Made by a program: the position numbers and the translations under genes. Shown here piece after piece: positions 49,950-62,789 of a stretch of DNA of 64,000 bases (its first letter is position 1; every line of letters starts with the position of its first letter). The stretch lies in contig NC_068986.1 of assembly GCF_001194135.2 (NCBI RefSeq), positions 52,108,176 through 52,172,175 on the forward strand, in the 5' to 3' direction. Under the pieces are notes generated by a model that worked only from the letters and a program-made list of their open reading frames with translations, ran no database searches and was not told the origin of the DNA. This stretch comes from Octopus bimaculoides. Taxonomy: Eukaryota.

Positions 49950-51496
49950 GTGGAAAATGGAGTAAAGCAGGGAGACCTTGATGCACCCACCCTCTTTGCA
50001 ATATACTTTGCCGTTGTGGTGTCACATTCCTTTCAAAACTCTGAGGAGGGTATCTACATAAAATATCGAACAACGGGGAATGTTTTTAATTTGACCCGAC
50101 TGAAGTTTAAAACGAAGGTTTTTACTTCACTTATTAGGGAAATTTTGTATGCTGACGATTGCGATCTGGTTAGTNNNNNNNNNNNNNNNNNNNNNNNNNN
50201 NNNNNNNNNNNNNNNNNNNNNNNNNNNNNNNNNNNNNNNNNNNNNNNNNNNNNNNNNNNNNNNNNNNNNNNNNNNNNNNNNNNNNNNNNNNNNNNNNNNN
50301 NNNNNNNNNNNNNNNNNNNNNNNNNNNNNNNNNNNNNNNNNNNNNNNNNNNNNNNNNNNNNNNNNNNNNNNNNNNNNNNNNNNNNNNNNNNNNNNNNNNN
50401 NNNNNNNNNNNNNNNNNNNNNNNNNNNNNNNNNNNNNNNNNNNNNNNNNNNNNNNNNNNNNNNNNNNNNNNNNNNNNNNNNNNNNNNNNNNNNNNNNNNN
50501 NNNNNNNNNNNNNNNNNNNNNNNNNNNNNNNNNNNNNNNNNNNNNNNNNNNNNNNNNNNNNNNNNNNNNNNNNNNNNNNNNNNNNNNNNNNNNNNNNNNN
50601 NNNNNNNNNNNNNNNNNNNNNNNNNNNNNNNNNNNNNNNNNNNNNNNNNNNNNNNNNNNNNNNNNNNNNNNNNNNNNNNNNNNNNNNNNNNNNNNNNNNN
50701 NNNNNNNNNNNNNNNNNNNNNNNNNNNNNNNNNNNNNNNNNNNNNNNNNNNNNNNNNNNNNNNNNNNNNNNNNNNNNNNNNNNNNNNNNNNNNNNNNNNN
50801 NNNNNNNNNNNNNNNNNNNNNNNNNNNNNNNNNNNNNNNNNNNNNNNNNNNNNNNNNNNNNNNNNNNNNNNNNNNNNNNNNNNNNNNNNNNNNNNNNNNN
50901 NNNNNNNNNNNNNNNNNNNNNNNNNNNNNNNNNNNNNNNNNNNNNNNNNNNNNNNNNNNNNNNNNNNNNNNNNNNNNNNNNNNNNNNNNNNNNNNNNNNN
51001 NNNNNNNNNNNNNNNNNNNNNNNNNNNNNNNNNNNNNNNNNNNNNNNNNNNNNNNNNNNNNNNNNNNNNNNNNNNNNNNNNNNNNNNNNGAGTGGAGTGA
51101 AAGCATTTGAAGAGGCCAGGATGATGCAAGCAGGGCTCAAGAGACATTTAAGGAAAAAGGTGAAGACTGAGAAGGTGAATGACAAGGACCTTTTTGTGTG
51201 CACAGTCTGTGACAGACCATGTCTGTCCTTGGCTGGCCTCAAATCTCACCTGCGAACCCATGGAAAACAAACCTCACCCAGCTATTCTGATTATATGTCT
51301 GTGCACACGTTTGAATGTGGTGTGTGCCAGAGGGTTTGCAAATCCAATGGGGGTCTTAAAAGACATGTTAGGATCCACAATGAGCAGAACTTACTTGCAG
51401 GTATTGGTAGTGCAAATCAGAGGTGCAATCTGTGTGGGTTTTTTTCAACTAGGTGCAGGAGGTGGTCAAACTCTGTTTAAGGAGTAGACAACCACC
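49950..51496 (+). mobile_element. 5'-truncated RTE-clade (BovB-like) LINE with C-terminal tandem C2H2 zinc fingers; middle in N gap
   Basis: ENGVKQGDLDAPTLF...GIYIKYRTTGNVFNL..L...IREILYADDCDLV (RT), then CTVCDRPCLSLAGLKSHLRTH, CGVCQRVCKSNGGLKRHVRIH and a broken CNLC. Flanked by (TA)n on both sides. Confidence 0.9.
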
Positions 51497-51527
<31 letters not shown>

Positions 51528-52836
51528 AAGGATAGGAGGAATTTTCGTCAAGGTGACTCAAACTTATAGGTATGCGTTCTCTGTGCTCAGATAGGCGCAC
51601 CATAAATATTCCAGTTTGAGCTGCAGTTGAAATTGCAGATATATGATTGTCTTGTTCAAAACACCTAGAAGTGGCTTCCCTTTGAGGCAGTAGGTATAGG
51701 TTAAAGTAGTGAGGAAGGAGAAACAATTAGGCAAGATTTGACAAGAATATTTAATTTAATTTAATTTAATTTAGTTTAGCTACTTAACAAACGGTAAAAA
51801 AAAATAGTCTCTGACAGCCGCTTCTGGGATATCACAGCTATTGGAACATCATGTTGGATGAAAACTTCGTAAGTTGGGTGTCTCGTCATCGGAGAGATAT
51901 ACGCTAGACAGTGGAAGAAAGCACCTCATCAATGATAGATGTTGTGGTTCATTACGTCGTAGAGAGAGGAGAGGTTCAGTTAAATCCAGTTAGATCGGAT
52001 CATCCTTAGGTAAATCCATGATCAGAAAGGAAGGTTAGATAGTACTCCATGGTGAGAGAAAAGAATGATTATACAGTACTTTGTTGCAAGGGAAGATGAA
52101 TGCTAGCAGTAATAAAGTTGTACAAATACCGCGAGGAAGAATAAATAACACAGTCTGATATGAGAAAGATAGATAAGAGCTTTGTACTAGATATATGCTA
52201 TTCAATATTGTGAAGGGGTATTCCGTCCAGAGAAATTAGTAGGTGGAATAAATAATATACTCTGGTGTAAGGAAGATAGGTAGAGCTTTGTACTAGATAT
52301 ATACTAACCAGTACAGTGAGGTGCATTCCTGCCGAGGAAAATTAAAGAGAACGAGTGCAAAGGCGAGTAAAGAGTATTCTTATCAAAAGGAACTAGGGTA
52401 ACAAACTGTAAAGAGAGACACGTAAGGGGAAAATAATAAAGCAGATGCTAGACTAACATGTCTGAGTACCAATGAGTGGTGAGATGTGTAGGTAATGAAG
52501 CAGTCGTATAAAAAGATAAAAGACGTCGTCTGTAGAGGGTGGTCAAATTTTACTAGACGGAAAACCTAGTTGTGTTGAAGCTAGAAATACATACCAACTA
52601 ACAAACAAAAGATTTAAGAGTTGCGGTTTAAAAATTAAGGTTAAAATATATTATAAAATAAGAATAACTAAAATTAATTAATAATAAAGTTAACATTTAA
52701 AATAAAATTAAGATTACACGCAAACACACACACACGCGCAAGCACGCACACACACACAAGACAAGCATATACCACAGCACAGTATTTAAGATCAGTGTAT
52801 ACTGCAACACAGAATCCCGGAGTTTGTAACGCTTAT

Positions 52837-53224
52837 TGTTGTTGTTGTTGTTGTTGGTACTCCGTCGCTTACGACGTCAAGGGTTCCAGTTGATCCGATC
52901 AACGGAACAGCCTGCTCGTGAAATTAACGTGCAAGTGGCTGAGCACTCCACAGACACGTGTACCCTTAACGTAGTTCTCGGGGATATTCAGCAGACAGTG
53001 TGACAAGGCTGACCCTTTGAATTACAGGCACAACAGAAACAGGAAGTAAGAGTGAGAGAAAGTTGTGGTGAAAGAGTACAGCAGAGTTCGCCACCATCCC
53101 CTGTCGGAGTCTCGTGGAGCTTTAGGTGTTTTCACTCAATAAACAACGCCCGCTCTGGGAATCGAAACCGCAATCCTATGACCGCGAGTGCGCTGCACTA
53201 ACCACCGGGCCATTGCGCTTCCAC
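52837..53224 (-). mobile_element. Full-length tRNA-derived SINE (family with (CAA)n tail) with a 12-bp TSD
   Basis: Head GTGGAAGCGCAATGGCCCGGTGGTTAG...GGTTTCGATTCCC; body contains CACTTGCACGTTAATTTCACGAGCAGGCTGTTCCGTTGATCGGATC; TSD TGTAACGCTTAT at 52825-52836 and 53225-53236. Confidence 0.92.
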
Positions 53225-56200
53225 TGTAACGCTTATACGAGTGAGTGAAATATATGTAAGGTACATCTGTACGCAAACGTCTTTATTCTCTAGTAATTAT
53301 AGTAACATAAGAACAAATTAATACATTCATATTTCTGAACATCTTGGCAATTTATGCTCGACATAATGATCAGTATGTGCGTAACCAACGCAATTCCAGA
53401 AAAGTACATAGATATCAAACATAACAGATATTCCCGTAACGATAAATTAATATATTTAATAACACATACAGTCTGTGAGATTAAAAGAAAGCATTACCAT
53501 TATTTATATTGAATATTATTCGTGTTGTTTAATTATAATAGTTATAGTCTATGTAACTTTCGCTGTTGCATCTGTTGTTGTCACTGGCATCGGAATCTGT
53601 GAGTTGTGTGTCTGTTATTAAAGTGCATGTGTACTGCTCTTTATTTATCTCTGGCATAAACACCGGTCTAATTAAAGATAGAAATTTGACTTCACTGGTC
53701 AAGCACTTTCATTATTTATTAATCATGAATAATATTTATTTATAACTTACTAATGGCATTCAAGTCTATATTTAATCTTAAACGCGCGCACACACATACA
53801 GAAGGCCATATACATACACACACGGTCAAACACATGCACGCACATACACACAGACACACATACACACACAAACACACGAACACACACATACACACAGGCA
53901 TTTCATATATACCTATATTGCAATAATATAACGCAAGGATGGAAAATATCAAGCTTTAATATCAAATCACAACATTTGTTTCTGCAGCGGACACCAGCTT
54001 ATAGTTGTTGGGTTTACATTTATATATGATTACATGAGATTATTCTCTAAAATTAAAATATAATGCAATATCTTTGAGCAACAGCTATATGTGGGTGCTT
54101 CCTTGAGTGGAATACGATCAAGCACTGTCGGATTTTTTCAAGTTCTTCAGATATACCATGTCCGTTACTCTCCACCTATCATTTTACGACATTCGAGCGA
54201 CACATGTTGCTGTAGTGATGCAAAAGCAAATAAAAAATAACATCACAGTAGTAGTACCAGCAACATTAACAATAACAGAATAAAGGTATTTTTAATTATA
54301 CTGACAGTGATAATAATGATAATAACAAAACCAAAACTATTTAAGTGATAGTGATAATAAAACAAAAATAAAATAAACCCGAAGTTGGCTTTTACCAAGT
54401 AGTAGAAAAGTGTGTGAATGGGTTAAAATAAAATAGATTCATAATGGATTGTTAATGCTATCTTTTTTTTTACGAGCCAAGCTGTCTAATATCTTTATAC
54501 TTTCCGGCCGTCTGTCTTCAAGTGACCTCTGTAAATTCCACTGGCTGTTCTTTATTAAATTACAGACATGCTTTTCTATATCTTTTATATTTATTTGTTT
54601 AAAACTTTTCCTTATACTATTAAAGCTGGTGTCCGATGCAGAAGCAAATGTGCTTCGCTATTAAAGCCTGGGGGAGAGTACGAAGGCAATCAAATCATAA
54701 GTTCTGTTAAGGAATTGTAGTGTTATGCAGGATTAATTTATCTAGTATAGTGGGAAAATGTAAGGTATCTAAAACAGATACGAATATGTTATATGGGATA
54801 GTGCAGACCACTTGAAATATTAGGATATGTCTGCCTGGAGAGGAAATATCTTGTAGTAATAATAGTGTACTATTTATCATTAAGGATCTCAAAGAAAGAG
54901 GGGGTTATATAATAAACTACACCTAGTACCGAGTTTGAGGAAATATTAGATTGGATGTCAAAGAAATTCAGCAGTAGAGAGTTATCTAATGATTAGCAAT
55001 TTGGAATGTTATACAGGTAACGTTGTTATTATTTAATTAGATAGTATAATCACCATTGTGTGAATCAGGTTATGCAACTCTGGACAATAGTCGCTGGTAA
55101 GAGGTTTGGATAATGCGTTCCATCTATTTTCTAACAAGCGCAGCACAAATAATTGTATCTTGGTATAGAAAAGAACTGGCTAGCAGACTGCTACATCTAG
55201 GTATCGCTAAAGCATAATACTGGGTACACCACAAATAGGTTTAGTTCTTTCAATATAGCATACGATGCCGCTATAGTATAGTAAAAGTAGTTAGGAAGTA
55301 ATGGTAAAGAAGATCGAGACTAGAAGGACATAGGCGATTAAGTAGGGAGTAAATTTGATTGGCCCTATGCTAGGAGCTATTATAGAGGTTATTTAATATC
55401 CTTAAAATACTTAAAGATGCGGGTAGCCTTATGTATACAGGAAAGACGAAGTTCTAGTTTATTATTTATTAGATTTTCACTATTTGATCTCTTTAAAATT
55501 TCAAACAACTCCATGCAGCAAAGCCTTTAAACGTATTTGCTGTTTAAGTACGGTTTAGTGACCTTAATGATATCCCATCTCAAATGTCCCAAATCTTCGT
55601 GTTAGAGAAATTTTGCCTGCCCTATATTTTAATTTAAAGGGGAGAATAGTAGTTATGTAAGCGTTGCTTGAGATTTACAGAGCAGCCAATATAAGTATAA
55701 GTATTTGTCTCTGTCACAAAATTACATGTGTAAACTACATTTACTGCTAGAGATCGACCAGAAAGTGAACATGACATTTTGTCTAAAAAATTGCACCCAA
55801 TATTTTCCAAGACATGAAATTTATTATTACGGGGATGCGATCCTACTTTGTTATGGCGTAATAGTTCAAGCTCGCGAGGGTTACCGGTGTTTGTACGGTT
55901 CTTACTGCGATTTATATTACTAGGATCAGTACTATTATAATTAGTTGCCAAGCCCAGGGTCGGGGAATGTGGGTACTGAGCATTGTCGTAAGAGATTTGG
56001 CTTTCAGATGCTGACAACAGAGGGACGGGGTGGATGGTATAATGGAAACATTTCCAGCAAAAGTGTTAGTTGTCTGTGTGTTGAACATATCGACAACATG
56101 AATGGAAGTAGGTGGACGGTCCTTACAGTTAATAGAGAGAGTGTTTGGGCTGTAGGGAGTGGTATGGTGTTAGCTTAAGCTGGTGGAATGAGCACCCCTG

Positions 56201-56365
56201 TCACCATTAGTTGTTGTTGCAGAGTTGTTACTGCTGCTATCACTTGCAGTGGCAGGCTAACTGATGCCAGTATATCTACTAATTGGCAGGACATGCTCAC
56301 TGATGATATTGGTGTGTACAGTATTAGTGTCGGTTGAGATAGCAGTGATTGGACGAATATTGTTA

Positions 56366-56442
<77 letters not shown>

Positions 56443-57028
56443 GTTGTTGTTGTTGTTGTTGTTATTGTTGTTGTTGTTGTTGTTGTTTTTATTCCTACTG
56501 CAATTTTTATTAGGAGCTGTGATGTTAGGGGTATTATTAATTCTCCAGGCCACGGATATATGTTTCTTATTCAGGCCAGTAGTTATTGTACGTAGATTGG
56601 GGAGGGTTAAGTAGGAGACCCTAAAGTTTCTATGAGAGCATAAACGGTAATATTTGTGTGAAGGCGGGAAATTGCGCTTCCGTATGCTAAATAATCTTCT
56701 ACACATATTACTATTTCTTATGCAATTTAACGGAGAGCTAAACCATGTTACGTCACGTTTATTCCCGTCTTTACCTTTATGTTTTCTATACTTCTGATCA
56801 CTATAATTAGTTTGGGGTTTCTGTGAAGAACTTCTATTTTTATTTTGGTGTTTGTGTGAAGAAATTGTGTTTTTATTTATATCTTTATGTATTGTTGCCG
56901 ATATGGTCACTGTCTCTATAGGTACCTTAGTTACTAATTGCCCTATCAATAACCCCACTTGATCCGAGATCATTGCGCGTAGTGCATATTCCCTGGACAG
57001 TACCGACAACCCAATATTGACAATCAAG

Positions 57029-57712
57029 TTTATTATTATTATTATTATTGTTCAGTAGTTTTATTTTTATAACGTGCTTTCACTTTACTACCGAGCGCAG
57101 CTCTGTGCGCCTTGGGTATGTGCTGTGGATTGCTGTGGTGCTTTTATGTTTACTGTATTGAAAGTGTTTTGCGTAGAATGTGTGCAGTACCCAGTAGTGC
57201 AATTTTCTGTATGTTATATATATTTGTAAGTCCTAGTGTTTTTGTTATGTATTTGTCTGAATATTTTTTTATTATACCTAAGGCACCTACTATAATAGGA
57301 ATTGTTTCTGTTTTTAGATTCCACATTCGAGTTACCTCTATTTCCAGGTCTTTGTATTTTGAAAGTTTTTCCATTTCTTTTAGAGAGACGTTGTCATCTG
57401 CTGGTATACATAAATCAATTAGAAAGCATTTTTTTTCTTCGTGATCTTTCACAACTATATCTGGTCTATTTGCCTTAATTTCTCTATCTGTGTGTATTGG
57501 CATATCCCAGAGAATGGTTGCTTTCTCGTTTTCTGTTACCTTTTCTGGCGTGTGTTTATACCATCTTTTTTCTGTCGTTATTCCATAGTGTGGGCATAGC
57601 TTCCAGTGTATATAGGTCCCAGTTCTGTCGTGTCTGTGAATATATTCCTTCTTAGCCAGGACTGGGCAGCCAGAGATAATATGATTTATTGTTTCTTGTC
57701 ACCTCCACAAAT
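57029..57712 (-). mobile_element. R4/Dong family A copy A3 (CCHC knuckle through RLE and 3'UTR) with (AAT)7 tail
   Basis: ETINHIISGCPVLAKKEYIHRHD...ILWDMPIHTDREIKANRPDIVVKD...LIDLCIP...EKLSKYKDL; nearly identical to A1 and A2. Confidence 0.93.
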
Positions 57713-57749
<37 letters not shown>

Positions 57750-57806
57750 CGTTGCTGTTGTTGTTGTTGTTGTTGTCGTTGTTGTTGTTGTCGTTGTTGT
57801 TGTTGT

Positions 57807-58000
57807 TTCTCTTTATCACAGGTCTTGTTGGAGCTCCTGGAGTCTTGAATGCGTAGCGGCCTTGCCACCTGCAATTATGGTATCGTGCTATCCATTTTTT
57901 CCGCTATCTAATACTTTCCTGATTATTCTGGCCGTGCCAAGGAGGCAAACGTTTTGTAGCTGTTCTACTGAGCTTTCTAATACCAATACCCCCATTTAAT
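57807..58000 (-). mobile_element. R4-type LINE 3' end, family D, with (CAA)n tail (57713-57806)
   Basis: VEQLQNVCLLGTARIIRKVLDSGKNG* is homologous to the family A C-terminus IQKIALLGTAHILRKTLS; a distinct 3'UTR ends GATAAAGAGAAACAACAAC. Confidence 0.78.
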
Positions 58001-59404
58001 GGTTAATATTAACATTCATGCTTTTTCTCAGTGATTCATTGTTAATTAAGAGCGTTTTATTTAGGCCAATATTTTCGCCACAATTAGCAGAAATTGGAAT
58101 GATACCGTCACCAAGATTTCTCTTACTTACCTATTTATATCCTGCGTTAGAAAGAGCGGAATTATAATAATGGGATAACGAATTGAAAACATTTTCATTC
58201 GCCGAAAGTTGCGTAATTCTACGTGAAATACCTTTAGCTAAAGAATTAGTAATGGCGGTGGAATGATTGGAGAATTTGCTAACATATTTAGTGATTTTAT
58301 CCGGTTTTCTGTATAGATAGTATAATCCTTTGTTACGGTTTAACGAGATGTCTACGAAGTTAACTATTTTAGTACCTACTTCGAAATTTAAATATAGTTA
58401 AGTCTTAAAACTGTGATGTTTGGTTGGATATTACCTGCACATCTCTTTATGCGTTTATGTTATGTTATAACTTGCTCAAGTTGTTATAACTTGCTCCGGT
58501 TGTGGACATAACTATATAGGAGAAACAAGTACGACGCTGAGATGAAGAACCACACTACATAAGGAACAGATTCGGTTCTCGCAACATAGACAGATTCATT
58601 TGAGTGAACGCATAGAGAGATGCGCAAGTAATAAATACTCAACCAAACTTCACAGTTTTCCCCATCTATTAGTGCAAAGAAACAGTTCCTATACAAGAAC
58701 ATTTAAATAAAGAAAATTTGTTCATCGAAAAATACAGAACACGTCTAAATATGAACGCATAACCAACTTTGATCTCAATTTATATTTTAATTCATGATCA
58801 CATACCTATCACTGTACATATTTCACCTCACTACTTTAGCTTTTGATTTTTTGTGTATATATATTTACTCATCCCCTCCCCGAAAGATGAGCAATTACCA
58901 CCTCCTGTCTCCTAATAATAACGATCACCAATTACCTCTCCTTAGATTTTTCTACTTATTGAACTATTCACAAACTTCCCCACACGCAACATGCACTAAA
59001 CTTTTCTTAAGAAAATACAAAAATACAATAATTTCAATGTCATACACGCACAAGCATGCATATGTAAGTCATGTAGAGACTCTGATGATTATCAGAAATA
59101 CAACGGAGGGAAAAGACAGGATTCACACCAGTCTGCATTACCTTGACGCTACAAAGGTTTCTATCACTTGATCTCATTGGATTTATCACACGTTTTGGTT
59201 ATAATTATTACAAATTCATAGAGGGTTTTTTCTCGACTCTTTATAACTGTATGGATAGTTTCAGTTAAGTTTTTTTTATGGAATCCTATATGTATTTGTT
59301 AATAATATATAAGAATATATGTGTGTGTGCGTGTGTGCGTGTATATATATATATATATATATATATGCAAAGTTATTCACTTATGTTTATTCACGGAGAC
59401 ATAT

Positions 59405-59810
59405 GCGTTTGTTTAATTTGTTTACAAAAACAAAAACGTGTTCGATTTAGTAAAATGATGCGTTGTAAGTGTGTATATATTCTTACTTGAGATAAACAGT
59501 GATAAAATCTTGCAATGCTCTTTCATCTCTCGGTCCTTTGGTAGACTTTGCACATCAATGATTATACGATCTACTGAAGTGCCTATGGCAGAAGTCGCCT
59601 TGCTTTATATCATATAAATCAATACTCAAAACACCCACACACTCATATACGAGCGATTTGTGGGTGTGATATCTTTGAATATAACATATGATACGATGTC
59701 TCAAAAAGAATTATCCCCTGCCAATATCTTTATTCCATTTACTTTTACCTTTGTTTACCGTTTGGTGAAAATTGCCAAATAAGGTGTGAATGATTGCTAT
59801 CAAGAATTTA
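59405..59810 (+). repeat. Unclassified ~400-bp repeat, copy 2
   Basis: See 49420-49840. Confidence 0.8.
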
Positions 59811-59865
59811 GTACTAGGGAATTTTTAAAGATTTACATTGGTTTTGGCATTCTTTTTCACGATGT

Positions 59866-60263
59866 AAGTCGGCGAGCTGGAAGAAACCTTAGCACGCCGG
59901 GCGAAATACTTAGTGATATTTCGTCTGCCGCTACGTTGAGTTCAAATTCCGCCGAGGCCGACTTTGCCTTTCATCCTTTCGGGGTCGATTAAATAAGTAC
60001 CAGTTACGCACTGGGATCGATTTAATCGACTTAACCCGTTTTTCTGTCCTTGTTTGTCTCCTCTGTGTGTAGCCCCTTGTGGGCAGTAAAGAAATAAGAA
60101 ACGTTAGCACGCCGGGCGAAATATTTACTGGTATTTCGTCTGACTTTACGTTCTGAGTTCAAATTCCGCCGAAGTCGACTTTGCATTTCATCCTTTCGAG
60201 GTCGATAAATTAAGTAGCAGTTGGTACTATGGGCGATCTAATTGCCTGCCCCCATCCCTCTCC
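59866..60263 (+). mobile_element. Dimeric/nested SINE (B plus A), same junction as 9921-10343
   Basis: CCCCTTGTGGGCAGTAAAGAAATAAG|AAACGTTAGCACGCCGGGCG junction at about 60097-60101. Confidence 0.88.
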
Positions 60264-60685
60264 NNNNNNNNNNNNNNNNNNNNNNNNNNNNNNNNNNNNN
60301 NNNNNNNNNNNNNNNNNNNNNNNNNNNNNNNNNNNNNNNNNNNNNNNNNNNNNNNNNNNNNNNNNNNNNNNNNNNNNNNNNNNNNNNNNNNNNNNNNNNN
60401 NNNNNNNNNNNNNNNNNNNNNNNNNNNNNNNNNNNNNNNNNNNNNNNNNNNNNNNNNNNNNNNNNNNNNNNNNNNNNNNNNNNNNNNNNNNNNNNNNNNN
60501 NNNNNNNNNNNNNNNNNNNNNNNNNNNNNNNNNNNNNNNNNNNNNNNNNNNNNNNNNNNNNNNNNNNNNNNNNNNNNNNNNNNNNNNNNNNNNNNNNNNN
60601 NNNNNNNNNNNNNNNNNNNNNNNNNNNNNNNNNNNNNNNNNNNNNNNNNNNNNNNNNNNNNNNNNNNNNNNNNNNNNNNNNNNNN

Positions 60686-60760
<75 letters not shown>

Positions 60761-61119
60761 AATAAACTCGCACAAGCACACACACACAAAGGGTACACCT
60801 GTCATCATAAACAAAATTCAGAGAAAAGGACACCAAGATCATTTCCAGATGTGTCATGTGTGTGTGTGTGTGTGTGAGGGGCTGTATTTATGATATCCTA
60901 TATTTTAGCTGAAAGCTACAAAACTGAATATATATATTCTTCTGTCCTATGAATAGCTGAACGATTTGTGAGATGAAACGGTAGAGCTTTCGCAATTAAT
61001 TTACGAGCTATAGTGAAAAGACTGCCTAGGATACCCTACTGCTTCGTTGTAAAATGATATTGAAATCGTTAACTAAATTTTTTGCAATTTCTTTTCAGAA
61101 GCAAACAAACACGCAGATA

Positions 61120-61250
61120 TGCATGCATGTATGTATGTATGTATGTATGTATGTATGTATGGATGGATGGATGGATGGATGGATGGATGGATGGATGGAT
61201 AGATGGATGGATGGATAGATGGATGGGTGGATGGATGGAGGTCAGGTCAC
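61120..61250. repeat. (ATGT)n(GGAT)n compound tetranucleotide microsatellite
   Basis: Direct reading. Confidence 0.95.
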
Positions 61251-61863
61251 TCTTAGTGCTACTAGTAATATAAAACATGCTACAAACAGCCCTACCAAGC
61301 GTACTTATTAAAGAGAGTGATTTTCGGTGTACAACTTTTAACAGGTTTCGAACATCGAAACCTGTCAAAGGACGGATAGTGACTGTATCTATATATCTAT
61401 ATACATATATATATACATATATATATATATATACATACGTAATACCTACGTACATACGTACGTACGTACGTACCTACCTACCTACCTACATACATACATA
61501 TATACATACATACACATATATATATATAAACAATATATGAGTATATGCATATATATGTACATGTATGTACATACCTTCATCTACATGTACATATAGATAC
61601 ATATCTGGGTACATGACGTTGCAAAAAAACATGGACAAAATGATAAACAAGCAGGTCACATAGAGGACATATCCTTCATCAGCTGCCACCATTAAAACAG
61701 TGGCTTTTCGAAAAGTTAGGGCAGGACGCATCGCTAAAATGGCTCTTTTCATGAATACAAATTAAACTTTTCTCGTGGAGGATAGTGGCTGACGAAAAAC
61801 AAGACAGGAAAACGAAACGGTGAAATAAACAAACAAAAAGGCTGTACAGCCAGACGTGGAGAA

Positions 61864-61945
<82 letters not shown>

Positions 61946-62395
61946 ATGTGTGTGTGTGTTTATATGAGTTACAATTAACTCACACAATTCAGAAAATAGG
62001 GGGAAAATTAAAAAGGAGATCATTAAATCAAATGACGGTTGACTAGCAATAACTAAGTCACCGAACACTGGAAAAGCTTTATTCAGTGTGTGCGACAGCT
62101 GCATTTATACTTATTCACAATATGCCAATTTGCGTCGAATAAAACACAACAAAGGATTAACAAAATATTAAAAGAGACACCGTTTTTATTTAGAAATAGA
62201 AACTATGTTTAAATCGATAATTAATATTGACACTTTCTAAATATCAATATCTATGAAATGTTATGTTAGACGCGCTTCTAAATATTTAAAGTACATAATA
62301 TTACCTCCTCTGTGACCGCTCTCATTACATTGTGCCTTTATTGGAAATTTAGGTTACTAACACGTGGCGTTAGATCCATTATTAACTGTATAAAC

Positions 62396-62456
<61 letters not shown>

Positions 62457-62660
62457 AAGTGATTAGATAGGGATAAATTATCCAGGCTGGTACCGTAAAA
62501 GCTCTCTGATATGTTCCAGGTTACGGCTCACCGCATCAAGTAGTAATAAACATCAATCTCGCTGTAATACCTCTGATGGGTAACACCATTTTAATGAACT
62601 AATTCTACTGTAATGACGGACTGGAAAATGAAAAGAAAAATTTGAAGATATACCAGTCTC

Positions 62661-62713
<53 letters not shown>

Positions 62714-62750
62714 NNNNNNNNNNNNNNNNNNNNNNNNNNNNNNNNNNNNN

Positions 62751-62789
<39 letters not shown>

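Larger units (their letters stand above)
55390..58410 (-). mobile_element. Decayed Penelope-like element (PLE-1): RT C-terminus, linker and GIY-YIG endonuclease, split by two R4-type LINE pieces
   Basis: KIVNFVDISLN...YRKPDKITKYVSKFSNH...ISRRITQLSANENVFN...AGYK; RDVTWFSSP...NFPPSHKYYRLC..RVSY..PNL..NKK; CSLSGRSLAVNVVYTC...YIGCS..KQRLHN; WDIIKVTKPY...RLC...HK. Confidence 0.9.

Noticed and set aside
51090-51480. Host C2H2 zinc-finger gene
   Set aside because: It follows an RTE RT fragment across the gap and ends in a LINE-like 3' end and (TA)n; there are no TGEKP linkers.
59082-59100. CTGATGA-TTATCA-GAAA hammerhead-like match
   Set aside because: No stem II, III or I; it is just a TCTGAT/ATCAGA palindrome.
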